From Tubiluchus corallicola (lineage: Eukaryota > Animalia > Priapulida): DNA of 64,000 nt. Where the stretch lies: the NCBI GenBank assembly GCA_030141605.1, contig JAQGDQ010000597.1:1-64000 (forward strand), read 5' to 3'. The translations under genes were made by a program, and so were the position numbers. The notes under the pieces were generated by a model that saw nothing but the letters and a program-made list of their open reading frames with translations, did no database searches and was not told the origin of the DNA. This document shows, piece after piece, positions 36,355 through 51,529 of the stretch (the first letter of the stretch is position 1; the number at the start of each line of letters is the position of its first letter).

Positions 36355-38434
36355 CTGAAAAGAGAAAATGCTATAATACCTATCCGAACTATACTCGTAC
36401 TACAAAACGATAATCGTACGATAATCTTCATTAAAACTTAATCTTGCATTTTCAACTTGCTAAGAGCTCTGCTTTATTAATAAAATTAACTTGGCATAAT
36501 TTTCAGACATACACAGCCGAAAATTTTAACAGTGATACATTAGCGAAACATACAAGTAAGCAGAATTTCTTATTTTTAATACGTTATAAGACACTTCTGT
36601 TAATTGAGGATCTCATCTTGAAAAATCAAGCCAATAATGAACCTATGTTCCTGTCGTGCCACATGCATTAAATTATTACTACTCTTGAGATTGTAAAAAA
36701 AATGCTAAACAAAAGCGTGATTAAATAACAAAGCAGAAACAACAGAATCGTTTATGCAGAATACAGAACGGCACTTTCCTTCCTAGCAACACTATTATTA
36801 CTTGAACTGAAATAAGTATTTTTTATTACCCCAAAAATTTCTGTGAAATGCAAAACTGTAATATTGCACAAAAAACGCAGTGCATTTATCTGCGAATTCT
36901 GTTACACTTGCATTCTGGAACGCTGAAGTCATAAATATATATGAAAATCTTTTAGAATCTGTAATCTCCTTCATTTTTTGCTACTATTGTTACACATTCT
37001 TAGTGTAAAAAAGTGACAATACTTCTTTATGCTTCTTATTCAAACTTCTTTATCTGCAGAATATTTTCATGCTTGCAAACAAAGAGCCATCGTGAACCGA
37101 TTTCGGCATTAACTGTGACTTGGAAAAACTTCTTCACCTGATATCGGATACGAAATGAACTCGATGATCGATTATAATCAGTCTTTAGGCATGAAAAATG
37201 AGTAATTCCGCAATATTTAACAAATAACACTACTAGTGAAAAAGATTTGTTATCTTTATCATTGCTGTTTTAATTACAATGTTGGCAGATAAAGTAAAAA
37301 GAGGAAAGTGAAGAGTAAGTTTTAAATGTGTTTATTTTATTATTTTGTAGTTTACAAAATAGACCAACAAAACTGTTGTCATTATTTGCATGTATGCACG
37401 TACTTAGCACTTATTTTTGTGTACAAACACCACCTTTTTGCTTAAGAGGAAATCTTCACAATAGCAGCGTTGCCAGGGTGATGCGCAAAGGAAGCGCCAT
37501 ATTGCTTGATTTCACTGCAGTGACGACTATGTAAGACTAAAGCTTGAAACGGAAGTTCGGATGCCTTCAACTTTAGTTCACCCTGTATCTTTATAGGAGT
37601 TAAACAACAGAAGCAAATTGACACTTTTCAAAGATGTCTCTAAAGAAAATTATTTGGTATTAAATAGCCAGACAAAATATTCACTGACAATCTGTATGAC
37701 GTGGTGAAAGTGAACCTTTGGAGTAAATAAATCAAAACAAGAAGAAGTGTATTGGGTTGTGCATGTACTAAGACTATCCCAGTAATCTCCTCTTCCTGCA
37801 GTATTATGCTGAACTCTTGAAACGACAGAAAAGCTAAGAGGAAGTCATCTACTGATGTACATATACATACACTGCAAAAGGATTTAGCAAATACAATTCT
37901 AGATTTTAACGAGATGCATCGTGGGCAGTAGCAGCAGCTAGGAGTGCCCAGCATCAACACGTGGAGTGTGCCGTGTTTTAGAACATATAAGCATGCAAAC
38001 GACAACTATGGTTATCACGCGACTTTTGGGGTTTTCAAAAAAACAAGTGCAAGTGGCACTGGTATTGCAGCCGATTGGCATCAGCAGCTGAAAGAATAAT
38101 CAATGATCAAAAATAAATGCCCAAATCAATTATAATCGATTAAACGATGCCCACGACACATCTTCCAATCAAAAGATTAAAATCTAGCAAAGTTTAGTAG
38201 AAAGACTTCAAAAAATGCATAAGAACTGAGCAATAATGCAAAATGCAAGACTGAGACAAGTAAAAAATCAAGGTGACAACTAAGAAGGCAACTGTCTAAA
38301 GACTGAATAGCTGAGTTCGATCCAGTTATAATAACATCATGCCAATGAAGTATATTACATATTCGTTAATGCATTCTGTATTGTTAATAAATATGACCAA
38401 CTCAAATACATACTGCTTATATATAACTACTTAC

Positions 38435-38595
38435 TGCCGCACATAGTTATCGACGTTCACTTGTTGACACAGTGGTGGCACTTGTGTAGCACAGCGCTGG
38501 TGGAACTTGTAGCAACACGTTTGACACCGAAAGCCGTGAAACAGCAGCTTTCGACAGCAGTCGCAGAAAGCCAATGTGAAAAACGTCTTGCGAAC
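38435..38595 (-). CDS. Braf: B-Raf C1/cysteine-rich domain exon
   Basis: [53 protein letters not shown]. Confidence 0.98.
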
Positions 38596-39010
38596 CTGGA
38601 AAACAACAAAACGATTAAGAGTTATTAGTTATCTACTACAAAGGACAATGGTTATGCTAGGTGTAGGGACAGAACTGACAACGACAAATAGTTACAATAA
38701 CACAGGTTACGTCTATGTGCTTCGCAACCAAAGTAAAGCCACACCAAAGCTTGTCAGTAAATAGCTTGTTCTGGGCACTTTCATTTGACATTCTGATTCT
38801 GGCGTACAGACAGAGGACGTACAAGCATAGCTAGGACACCCCTGTCGATTCAATGTCTTATCTTAGAGGGTGCATTGTGCAGTATTGCATTTAAAAAACC
38901 ACAATAATTTCATGATGATGATAATGGCAATAGCAAAACAGACATAAAACATTGCCATTTTCTTCACAAGTTGCCTGAAAAGAAGTTCAAGTTATTGAAG
39001 CATTACTTAC

Positions 39011-39119
39011 GAAATTGTGCGAGATGCTGGTGCTAACTGGAACAAAAACCTCCAGAATTTCCACTTGGATCTCTTCTCCTTCTAGGGTCGTGATTTCGTC
39101 ATCCCAAGAAACCCGTTGA
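39011..39119 (-). CDS. Braf: B-Raf RBD C-terminal exon
   Basis: QRVSWDDEITTLEGEEIQVEILEVFVPVSTSISHNF; phase 2 to 0. Confidence 0.96.
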
Positions 39120-39742
39120 CTGAAAAAAAGAGTCACTGACAACTGACATCAAACAGTTCACAGCACATTTACAAAATAACTGAAAAAATTATTTGGGATT
39201 TACTTTCTCTAAAACTTCCTACAGATTTGCTGAAAACTATTACTAGTATCCACCCACCTGATTACTGCCCTACCAGCAAGAAACAAATTTGTGAGTAATG
39301 CAAATGTAAAAAAACACTATGTAGTTGGTATCAAAGATACAGATTAAATGTGGATACACAAAAATTAAAATCAATACAATTTTTTTCAAGAGAAAATCAC
39401 AGATCTCAAGTTGAGCACTAGATACAATGTTTACCAAGACAAATGTTTTCCTTTATAAGAAAAATATCTGCTGCTAAACTATTGATGCTCTTCTGTGATT
39501 TGAGTCATCACTTGCAAGCAGCCAGGTTATTTGTTATTATGTGCACAGGCTTACATGAAAAGAACATATACCATATACTCTTATACCATAAGATACTAGA
39601 ATGGTACACAAAGTAACAACTTAAACAAACTTTTTGCTTGAAAGTGAATTATCTCATGTGTTGATAGATAAAATTTAATTCTAGTGGTCCATATTTTGTA
39701 TTTTTATAAAATTATTTGTCAAAAGGAAATCATTTTGCTCAC

Positions 39743-39846
39743 TGAGTGCTGCGTTTGTAAACGCCACACGTCTCGGACGACAGATGGCGCAGTGTCATCG
39801 CTTTTGACAATGCTTCTTTCACAGTCACGCCCGGTCGGACTTGTAC
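39743..39846 (-). CDS. Braf: B-Raf RBD exon (104 bp)
   Basis: VQVRPGVTVKEALSKAMTLRHLSSETCGVYKRST; phase 0 to 2. Confidence 0.96.
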
Positions 39847-40277
39847 CTGAAAGCAAAGATATTCATTTAATCCTGTACCAACCTAGTATTACAACAATAC
39901 TATTAACAATAACAACAATAGTAACACACACCAAAAAAACACGAAACAGTGATATAGTAACAAAATATTTGGGAAGAAATTTTTTAATGATACAGTAAAT
40001 GTCTATAGTGGAATAGGACAGTTAAGAACACCAGGGACCAGGTCAACAAACATCGTTATGAATAGTTTAGTGAATGTAATAATGACGTCGCTATATTGAT
40101 GGCTTTGAGAAAAAACCGGCCCCAGATTCCACATGGCAGTTGCTATGAACCCCAACATCTTAGTGTGGTCATATGCTTTGGAGTTGGACTGCTGTGATTA
40201 CCTGTCTTGAAGGCAGATTTTTTATTTTTTTGCATTAGAATGTCTGCAGTTAGATTTAATGGGGATTTGATGATAAC

Positions 40278-40880
40278 GATAAGAAGCGAGTAACAACAAA
40301 TTTCATTCCGACTTCATATGAGTCCTCCACAAGTCCATGATGAAATAACGTAACATATTTTCGATTATTTGTCATTTTAAATACTAAGTGAATGCTATGG
40401 CCATCTAGCGGCAATATTTTCCAATTTTCTGTCGTTATTATTACACATGAAAACTTATTGTTAAATGAATCAGCTGTCAGCATATTTCAGTGATCTGCTA
40501 GACGACAATCAGCCTTTCACAGTTTCGTTGTGCACACGCGCAGTTGCTGTATGTCAAAGGTTAAGTGTACCACAGTAACGCGTCTTAGCTACAACCGTCA
40601 CGTGACATGCGTGTAAAGCAAAGCCCAGTTCAGTAACTTCAACTGTTTTACGTGGACTTTACTTAATTATGCATTAGTATGCGTAGGATCTTGCTTGGGA
40701 ACAAGAAAAATGAACTAAAATAAAGTTCTGTAGCTAGTATTCGTACCTTTTCTTAATTACTATTACAACAGCATGGGCTGCCAGGCGTTGTCAAGTGTAC
40801 ACAAATGTGTTGTCTGATACACTTAACCTTTGACCTTTTCACGATGGCATCAATCGCTGGAACTGTGAAAAAGCTTATAA
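40278..40880 (+). mobile_element. Dispersed repeat family A, copy 2
   Basis: Near-identical to 6900-7458; gives the duplicated MLTADSFNN ORF. Confidence 0.85.
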
Positions 40881-43031
40881 TTATAGAATGATGAAGTAGT
40901 AAGTTTTTTATGTGTGTTTGTTCTCAGAAATGACGTACTTTCTTCAAGAAAAATGAAAAAAGAGAACAAAAAATCAATATAAATACAAAACTATACTAAT
41001 TTTTTGGATATAGTATTGTAGGACAAGAACACCAATACCAGTTAAGCACAGAATCTACAGCACGAAAAAAGGGAAGAATACGAAAAGCATTTGATATATT
41101 TGGATATATTTAATAAATAAATAAATAAGCACAAAATGTCGCTACTGAATAACACAGCAGCAACAATGCCAGATGTGGCAAAAATGTGATGTTAGTGATA
41201 GCACACTCAATATACTCAAGATTTCCTCTTTTCTGTGACCGTTCCTCGGAAAACATTCCTGAGAGCGCACATAATTTTTTCTTAATTTAGTGATGAGTTT
41301 ATGATTTGAACTACATCACATTCATTAATGCTTGCAAGTGGTTCTGACAAGCCACTGGTATAGGCCAGTGGTTTCTTTTGTCTTACAATTCTGCCTGCCC
41401 AGTCTCTATGATGAACGTAACGGGCATATAATGCTGATGATATTCATTCAGTTTGATTTTGCATTCACTTAACCTGTCTCTGAAATTACAGTGACACACT
41501 AGTAATTCGGGCATTTTCATTTCTTTATTTTGGGATTAATGTTAATGAAAACAGTACTGGTTATTAGGAATTACTTTTGCCCTACTGTGCCTCATCGAAC
41601 ATTTCACGAGCTTTTATTTCTAAAATCTGTAGCATAACTCGAGTTCCAGTTCAACACAGGAATTGTCTTTCTTCTAAATATTATCTAAAAGGACCCGCCG
41701 GGGCTTAACACTAGCCCATCACCACCCCCATGTACTCACATAAACAAACACTAACTTGTTTCACACCTCACACAAAAGTCAAGGATAATAAGAGATGATA
41801 AAATTGAAGCATTCAGAAACAGAGCTCTTTTCAATGCGTTGCTTTTAAGGCCAAGGTGATGAAAAATCCCAAATGCACGGTAAATGGTGCATATGCTGTT
41901 TATCAGAAATAGACGCTAATGCATCACAGCATAATGTTTGCACAAGTTTTATATGCCAATGACAATGATCTTTCATTCTAGTCAGAAGACATCTACATAT
42001 TGGATAGTGATGGGTGATTTTGAAATTTTGTAATTCGATTATAATTTTGCATTTGTAATTCACCATCATGATTAATCTTTTGCGACAATTTTTAGCGTTT
42101 TAGCCATATTTTTCAATGATTGCAGTGAAATATGGCCTATAACTTCTTCACAGCTTTTGTCGCTGTCTACTATTTTCGTATTCACAAATTACTTTTATAG
42201 ACATGCACTGCTTTTCATTAATTGCTCCGACTATATATTACATAACTGCAAGCGTCACGTGTCAACGAATTTGGAGCCCCCAGTCTGCAACACTGTGGTT
42301 CACAACTGTGCGCATTGTGTACAGTGAGAGAAATGAAGAAAAATGCAAAGCTTCCATTTATTTGTGTTAAAATGCCACATTTTAGTCACTGTGTAACAGG
42401 TATATTTTACTCTCGATTAATTAAATTACTGTTTAATCATTGAATAAATCAATCTGTACATGGTTACAATCGAGATTAATTCGACAAATCGATTAATCGG
42501 CATCACTAATCTTCGATTTCATAACATCAGTTGTGCATAGTAGTAGGTCTGGTACATGGTGGTCCATCTAATTACCTATTCCCATTTTGCTTAAAAGAAT
42601 ACGAGTAAAGACAAGCAACTTGGCAATGTTTTCGTTGAATACCTGAAGCATTTACTGTAAACTGTTAATCACCGCAGCAGATGGATCAAAGAAATCTCTC
42701 CCCACGACAAATTTGTTACGGACGGAGCATTATGAGAAAAATGCAGCAATAAAGGAAACTGCAAAATGCAGTCAATGCAGTTTTTAGTATTAATTGAAAC
42801 TTGACATAATAGCTTTCAAGAACAGACAAAGCAGGCATTGTACTTGTATTTATTTATATATTTCCCATTAAGTTTACTTGTGATATAGAGCAAATAGCAA
42901 ATAATCTGCTCACAAAATAGTTAAACACAGATCACATAGTACTTCTAATAATTAGAAATCAATTATCAGCTAAGAACCAATTAAAATTGCAAAGAATAAA
43001 GATGGAGAAAAGTCTTAGCTGCTAAATTTAC

Positions 43032-43256
43032 CATAGAATGCTGCTGGTTGGGCAGATGGGCCCTGATTAATGCCATTTTTGGACTGCCCAGTAAGGTGCT
43101 GCCACCTGGTGACAGGATGCCCGAAGCTTGTGGCGGCTCCATCTGTCCGGACACCTCCTGGTAAGTGGGAGAGTCGCGTCCATTGCTGAGCTGCTCTAGA
43201 AGTTTCTGTTCCTTAAGTTGGAATTCATTGAGTTTACTCGTCAGCTCTTCATATTC
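43032..43256 (-). CDS. Braf: B-Raf exon (BRS second helix, linker, start of RBD)
   Basis: EYEELTSKLNEFQLKEQKLLEQLS...SPKMALIRAHLPNQQHSM; phase 0-0. Confidence 0.96.
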
Positions 43257-43585
43257 CTGCAATAAGCAAAATGGTTGTCACAACAACAAAATCTTTCTTA
43301 ATCAGTAAATTTTGACAGTTGGCAGTAAACAACATAAACCATGAAGTCTAATTTACAAAGTTGTTTAATTAAATATCCACTAGCTTTCTGTTTTATTCTT
43401 AAAACTAACTTCGGATTCTTGCTGCTTGGCCTAGCAACAAAACAAGTGAAACAGAACAGTAGTAGCACTGAGACAAGAAAGAACCCTGAAATTTTGTATT
43501 CATGTTGCAAAATATATAATTCATGCTTGTACTGACGATATCTTGACAAGACAGGTGATACAAACTGTACATCTTGCTATATTCC

Positions 43586-43989
43586 AATAAGCCTTTTCGC
43601 ACTTTCGTTGTGCGCAAGCGCAGTTGCTGTAGGTCAAAGGTTAAGTGCATCACAACAACGCATCTTAACTACAACCATCACGTAACAAGTGGGTAAAGCA
43701 AAACCGTCTGTCGGATCAGTTCAGTGAGTTCAGTAACTTCATTTGTTTTACATGTACTTTACTTAATTATGTATTAGTCTGTGCATAGAGTGATGTACTA
43801 GCATGATCTTCCTTGGGAACAAGAAAAAATGAACTAGGTAAGATTCTAGGTAGCTGCTAAAACTGTTACTATTACAATAGCATGGGCTGCGAGGTGTTGT
43901 CAAGCGTACACAAATGCGTTGTCTGGTACACCAAACCTTTCACCTTTTCACGATCATTATCAATCGCTAGAACTATGAAATGGCTTGTT
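43586..43989 (+). mobile_element. Family A MITE core, copy 3
   Basis: Termini AATAAGCCTTTTCGCA...TATGAAATGGCTTGTT. Confidence 0.85.
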
Positions 43990-45772
43990 AGTCAATGTAA
44001 TTTTACAGAGAACATCCATAAAACAGAAGTTACAAAGAAAAGAAACTTGAGCGTTTCCTTTCACGAACATCAAGCTACTTTTTTATAATTTTACAAATAA
44101 ACTGTGGCGTATAGTATTACCATGCAATGCTAAGAAATACTCCCTTTATTAATGTAGATAATACGTAACACGAATTTTATTCATTATTTGTCTTCACATA
44201 TTTTAAAATGACAGCTAAGAGAACTGGTTGAAATAAGCTCGTAAACCTAAAATGTCAGCAAGCAAAACGTTTTTATGTGAGCGAAAAATTCTGTTAATAA
44301 TCAAAGAGTCAAGATCGCAGACAGAAAAGACATTTCGCATTTTCATGTTAATTTAATCGCAAGCATGAATAGCAGTCACAAAATAGTCGAGGCTAAATTG
44401 GCAAAGCACTTGATTAAAACACAGGCAAAAACCAATGTGACTGTAAACAGTTGCTGGTGCTGCCGCCTGTTGACTGTGAAGAAAAGACGGATGTGTGTGT
44501 ATGCATGTCCATTTGTGTGTGTGCAAATTCAGGAAAACTAGACAATTTTTGGTCTTTAATTCGTCACATATAGAGCGGGGAATCATATGGATGATTTACA
44601 GGGTGCATTTTGAAAGCTCATTAAACAGTGGATGTAAATGGGCATGGGTTTGTTTTCATAGGAGGTCAGGATGCACTGGGTTCTCTTTTTCAAGGGGGGG
44701 GGGCGAAAAACTTCACTTTTAGTGTTACATGAGTATTCAAGAGAAAAAGTAAGCACAGTGCCAGAATGCTAAAGAAAAAAGATATATGATGAAAAAAAGA
44801 TAAAGAAAAAAGGGCTGTCATTGAGCAAATTTGAAAAAAAATGTGAAAGTCCAATATCATGATTTTCTAATGAAAAAAAAGGCCGCTACATATATATTAG
44901 AAGGTGATGGGTTTTGCACAATTTGGAGCTCGTGCAAAATGCCTTCATGGGACTTTTCCATTAATCTCAATCTTAAATTGCTAACCATTTACAATGTTGG
45001 TTTGCCAAAAAAGTGTGTGCACGAAATCTATTTTAAGGAAATTCCTTTCACATTTTTAAAAATAAATTGCTGTCGGGCGACTGCAGTGATGTCTGAATCC
45101 CATAAAATTTTTAATTTCGCTACAAAATTACGCTTAGTACTTGGGCAAGAACCGGTAAATTCTAAGAAAGTAAAAATTTCCATCTTCTTCACCACTACAG
45201 ATCAGTTGAGCACGCAGAGGGTAATTATTTAATTACGGAGGTAGAGATTTTAGATCTACTGCACAAAAGGTCAAAAATCTTTATTTAAAGGCCAATGGTT
45301 TTAAATAGTTTAAAACGATAAAATAAATCTAGAATTTTCTTTTGAAGATCAACAACAATTGCTAACTTCTGGCATTACTAGTATTAATTCCTAATCTCAC
45401 CACTAGAGTGGGCATCACACAGTTCACACTCGCAGATTCACCTACAAAAGCCTGGTGAACTACACGTGACTAGTGATCAATAAAAATAAGGAATAAAGAA
45501 ATAAACGATTGATTTCCGATAAAATTCCGCTATATTCAGAATCTTAAATACATAAACAAACAAATACGTAAACAAATATATAGATCTGCATAATCTAAGC
45601 AAAAACTATATCCGTAAATAACGGATGGGCTTAAATTGATTTATAACAAATACATGTACATAAACAAATGACAAATAAATGAACAAAAAATTAATAAATG
45701 AAACACATATACTTTATTCTGACTATAGCCAAGGTAGTTGAAGTTTTTCCTGGTTTCAAAAATATTTGCATT

Positions 45773-46367
45773 AAAGCAAAACCGGACCCAATCTTAAACT
45801 GTAGGTCAAAACAATTTACTCTTTAAAATATTGAAAGGAAACATACTATTTTTTCAAAAATGACTTACATGAAAGAATTATTACCACACAAACACAATTT
45901 CGTGTTCGCACCACTAGTTCTTCGCCGTTACATGCATTTCGCTATTTGCTGGTTAGACGGGCACTAGCGCCTGCATTTCAGAAACGCATTGCACAAAAAC
46001 AGGTGCTGTACCTCTCAGTTCAGATGTGTAGGTTTCTGACGAGCACAACGATAAATTTGAACTTTAATTTTTTATCTTACCACTTGCCTAGCTTTAGTAC
46101 AACACACTAAATATCTTACAGTAACACTGTATTTCAACTTCTGCTTTTGCAAATGTGTGCAACATGCTCGTGGAATATTTCTGCTGTTGAAAATTGTGTT
46201 AGTTTGTAGTATCATCAATAGTTGGGCTCGCCCGCCTTTAATTAAGTTTTTAATCTATTATTTAATTATCAGAAACGCTTTTTCAGCATTAATTGTATTA
46301 AAATGTATACTTTTTATAGGACTAGAAAATGGGGTAGTATATGGAAAATCATCCTGTCTTCCTTTAA
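45773..46367 (+). mobile_element. Dispersed repeat family B, copy 2
   Basis: Collinear with 11599-12186; ends CTTCCT-TTAA. Confidence 0.8.
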
Positions 46368-49300
46368 TGTATTTGTTGTTACTTTAAAGCAAGTCCCTCG
46401 AAATTAAATTCATTAATAGTATTTTTCGCACAACTTACCAAGATAACCTCGCTTGATAAACCAATGTCTGTTCTTCTTACTGGAGATGGTCTCTTAAAAA
46501 TGCCAACACCCAACATGGTGACTGATCACAAAGTGCTCAGATCAAGGTAAACTTTCCTATCGAAAGCACTTCACAGTCATAGAGAAACCTAACATGGATG
46601 TTGGATAAGTCCATAGCAGTGTTCGTAAGTCAATCAGTATTGAAAAGATAGATGCTTTTGGTTCAGTCAGGACATTTTGATTTGTCAAACTTCATCGTCA
46701 CTTGCAAGATGCAGAAACTAAGATAATTCAAAATGGAATACAAAAGGAAATTTTAGCACAAACACGATAACACTATTTATGATTCTTCCGAAACATACAG
46801 TGACAAACTACGTTACAAACTGTGACACTTTGCTTATCCATTTTACATTATTAATATCAGTTGGTTAATAGTATCGTCACAGGAAACTGCAAAACAGCAT
46901 TACTGTATGCACGTTTGAACTTCAGTTTCAATTCTGTTTTGAAATTAACGAGATTTTCATTTTAGAAGCATCGACGAAGCATGGCATTTCCAAAGCTCTG
47001 TTGTAAGTGTTTGCAAATGCAAGTAGACACTTCAAAGGCTTGAAGAACGTGCTGCATATCACATACCTGCACATTATAGGTAGAAACCAATCACAAGAGA
47101 TAAGGGTGCAAGTACACAGAGGCCAGAGAACCATTACAACATCATAAACCGATTGTACGTTTTAGCTTGGAGAAAACTGCTAAATTTGAACACGTTTAAT
47201 ATCATCGTAAGCAAAAATTCCATGGTCAATTGGCCAAATGACCTTCTTTTAGTTCAAACTTTGACACAGTTGCTTTTTATGCAGTTTATCACTCTGCAAG
47301 CAATGGTTTCAGCACACAATGGCCTCTTAAGTGGTAGGATCTACTCAATTTGAATAGCTGTAGCCATACTGGAACCCTGTTCATTACCAAAGATTTTTTA
47401 TCTAAAATAACGCAATGACCCAGGCATTAGCACAGCAAAATAGTAATTCAACAGTATCCGTGCCATTAAAAATGCTTTCCAAATTTGGTAATTTAGCTGT
47501 GGCGAAGGCTTGAAAAAAGGAAACATTCCAGAGGATTCCAAAATGCAGTTCAGAAACTGGAAAGGTCACCAAGTGGCGATGAACTGCTCTGATGACGTCA
47601 GCAAACCATTCAGGCGACAGTTCACGAAGAGGGTAATGGCTGCGTGCCGCCGGAAACTGACAGACGAAGCCGGGTGCGTCATTTCCGGTTTGCAGGTATA
47701 GGTTAACAGCATCAGTATCAGCAGCAGGCAATAGTTACTGAGTATTAGTAGAGCATCTAGGCACTTGTGCAAACAGTGCGGCATTAAAGAAACACAACAA
47801 AATGTCAGGTAATCAATACATCCAGCAGTTTGGGGGGAATTTCCCAGGGTCCTGGGAGGAAATTCTATCAAACTGCTGCAAGGGACGATGGCGATACGTT
47901 GCACTTATCAGATTACAATGATGCTGCTTATTTCCAGGCACCCGGCAGCCTAGTAACCGGTGAGGAAGAAGCTGCGAGCTAATGATGGTGGAGTGTGATT
48001 GAGATGCTAATGCGAGCCCGGGATAATGAAACAGCCTAATATCCATGCTTAACCATGAAAAAAGGCAGGTATGAATAATCAATAAAAATCTCAAAATTAA
48101 CAAAACAAGGAAAAAGAAGGAAAGGATACAACGTTTCGTACTACCCCTGCAGTTCTCTTTCAGGTGAACATAAAAAGACAAAACAGAGAAAATCGCGAGA
48201 ATTACTAATACTATTAAATTAATTTTTCAGGGGGTTATTGCTTATATGTTTAACATAAAAGGACATCACACTAAATGATACAGCAACGTACAAAAAGCAC
48301 AGCAGACAAATTTTCAGTTCAACCAAATAGCTGCCGAAATAGTTAAAAAGTGTGCAGACAACAAACTCTATGGCGTACTCACGATTTTTGTCATAAAAAG
48401 TTGCAAAAGCAAAAGTAAGTCATGCGCTAAAGAAAACAAGTAAGACAATACACTAATAATGCGTTAGGCTTCTGGTTCGACAGCCCAAACTGTTGGAAAT
48501 GCAGCAATTTAAGGATAGCAGACTAGATGACTTTTACAGTCTTTTATATAAAAAATATTCTATCGCTATCCTTTCTCTAGTTTATAACTATCTAATGTAA
48601 CAATTCTTTACGACTTACTTATTAATTCAGTTATTAATGATAGTCTATCATACTGTTCTAAAGGGATAAATAAGTTGAAACTGAATTGAATTGAATACTT
48701 TTATTTAAAATGACCCACAAAATGAATGACACGGCAAATCCAGGTCTTTGCACAACACCTGCTGCTAATAGCAGATGCGAAAATCAATCGACATGAAATA
48801 TACAGAACAAGAAAATGAAGCGCGACAATTTTATCGAAACGCAAAACGCTGAAAGCAAATTTCTCGCGTAGTTTTTTTCTGTACAGTTCAGGACCTCCGT
48901 AAGCCAATATCCAGCAGTCAAGGTCCGTTGCGGTAGAAATTCGACCTACTAATCATCAAGCATAATCTTCTAAGATGAAACGCAAATTAAGAAAACTTAT
49001 CGCGGATAATCAGTAAACAAAAACAAAGCACCGATTAGACTGCACAGCACAGATCTCGGCTGCCACATCGGCTATAAAACCGACCCATCTACATTAAAAC
49101 TTATTAATAAGGCTCAACAATCAAAAGTGAAACTATCACACAGCACAAGTTGACTCACATCGACTTTTATCTACATCAATCGATGTCGATTAATCAGTCG
49201 AAGAATCGTCAAATAAACATAGTATATTGATCATAGCAATCACAGCATCACTATGCACAGCTCAGGCACACACTGTTATGGGGTACATAATGAATGAACA

Positions 49301-50198
49301 ATTTGTACACAATGCCCTGACTCGTCTATGCGTTCAGAGACAGGTGTAGCCACACAGGTACAAACTTGCAATGGTCCATGCCTGCATGGTTTTCCACAAA
49401 GCCGGGTCAACCCTTTCTTATGGACTTTACGAATATGCAGCAAAGAAAGTGGGGGAGAGGGCAGCCAAGGTGTAAAGGAAAAGGAGCGGAACATCCTTTG
49501 TTCACAGAAATATATTTATAATTGGTAACTTTAGAGACGCTAATATATGCACAACTAAGTTAATTAGAAAAAATGCTTGTACTTGGGCTACAGATCACGT
49601 AAAGTTTATCCAAGCGATTCATTTATGTATTAAAATTACTCGTTGTTATTGTTTTTCCATGTACATTTCAACAGCAAGAAAGGGGCAGAGGTGCGGGAAC
49701 AAATCTAGATGAAAAACACTGTGATATGAAGCCCTATGGTCAATATTGCAACCGTCGTAAGTAAGAAGCAGCTGGAATTTTTCGCAGTACGTGTAGTTTT
49801 AAGGCTTATGGGTTTGCGTAAAGTCACAAAAAATGATTTAAACTTATAACTGCTACCTTGCCGAGCAAACTTTTCTAAACTAAATGACCCCTTATGTAGA
49901 AGAATTTTATTTATTTTCAATTTTGAATTAGCACAAAGCATAGAAACACTTTAATGGGAGCATGAGCGTGTAACTTTTCTGGCACTCCCCTTACCCCACA
50001 AAACTGATCTCTTTCACTTTGTGGAAGTGGAAAACACCTGCCGCACGCTGTCGCCTGTGGTCAGCGACCACAAATAGACTGGACAATGCATTTCGGCCAG
50101 GGTCCCAGAAGTCTTTGTCTGCTGAGTAGAGATTAAAGGCTCAATACAGTGTGAGAGGTAGAAGAGGTTAAATTAGCAAAAATAGGAGGACAGAAGAG

Positions 50199-50372
<174 letters not shown>

Positions 50373-51529
50373 GAGACACTGTGTCAGACGGCACTCACCT
50401 CATCGATGAATTTAAACAAATAGATGGAAGATAAAGAAAACAGACAAAGAAAGGCGGCTAACACATGGGTGCAAACAAACAAACAAATAGTCGAAAGACA
50501 GAAAACGTACAAGTCTAAATAGACATAAACACGTACAGGAAGACTTAGCAGTAATGCATATTACAATGTTCAGTTAGTTCATAAGCAAATATTTACAAGA
50601 AATTAATCTTTAGCTACTGTTATTAGTAGTTTCTTGTAGAAAAAATTAAATACCAACAAATTTTTGAATTATCAGCTTCTATCTTTTCGTTTTGCGTTCC
50701 AGCTGTAGCTGCGTCATGTTCAAGTTGCTAAATAATTACAATTTTACAACCGCTTCTATTTTTGCATTACCAACAGGCTAATTATAGCCTGCAAGTAATA
50801 TAAGCAATTTCGAGTCAGCTGCTTTTCGAAATTTCGATGTGAGGCTAAGCTAGCTGTGACGTCGCTGCTTCAGGCATGACGTCATCGGGAGCACTAAACA
50901 CAAGATTGCATTATTCGCGCATCGATGAAATTCTTTTGTAAAGCTGCCCAGCAGCTTCCTAGAGCGCCTGCCGAGTGGTGGCGCTGTAGTCGCTGGGAGT
51001 GAAACCAACGCGAAGCAGCAGTATTCACAGCTCGAGTCAGAAGGATTTGGACAGAATTTTGGTAAATGAACAATTACAAACTTTTCGTCAAAGCAAGAGC
51101 AGTACATTCACAAAATAGAGTTGTTTTCAAAACAAAGATAAATGCTTGCTATAATATAATTGTTTTGTAGAAAGAGACAAGGCAAACTTTTAAATCTAAT
51201 TCGCTACAATTATGCAAAGCCTAAATAAGTAGAAAATCAATTTACTTGAAAGTGTTTTGGAAGTTGTTTGTTTTAATGGAAAGCAGACCAACAGAGGATT
51301 TTTCTAAAACTTTTTATCTATGAATTTTTTTGTAATTATAGATGAGAAATAAACTTGGTTGTTTCTGTTAAACTTCTTTAACGCCACAACATATTTTCTG
51401 ATTATTAAACTGTTAGTCCAAAAAGATTCTGCTGTGCCAACTTACAAGTAACTCCGAGTATATTTGAAATACTACACACGCAATTTATTGTTAATCAAAC
51501 TAAACCCTCACTATAGGACTTTAATGAAG

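Noticed and set aside
48128-48168. Penelope-type minimal hammerhead on the minus strand (CTGAAAGAG...CGAAACGTTG)
   Set aside because: Extra base in the core, mismatched stem II and no stem I pairing; at most a relic.
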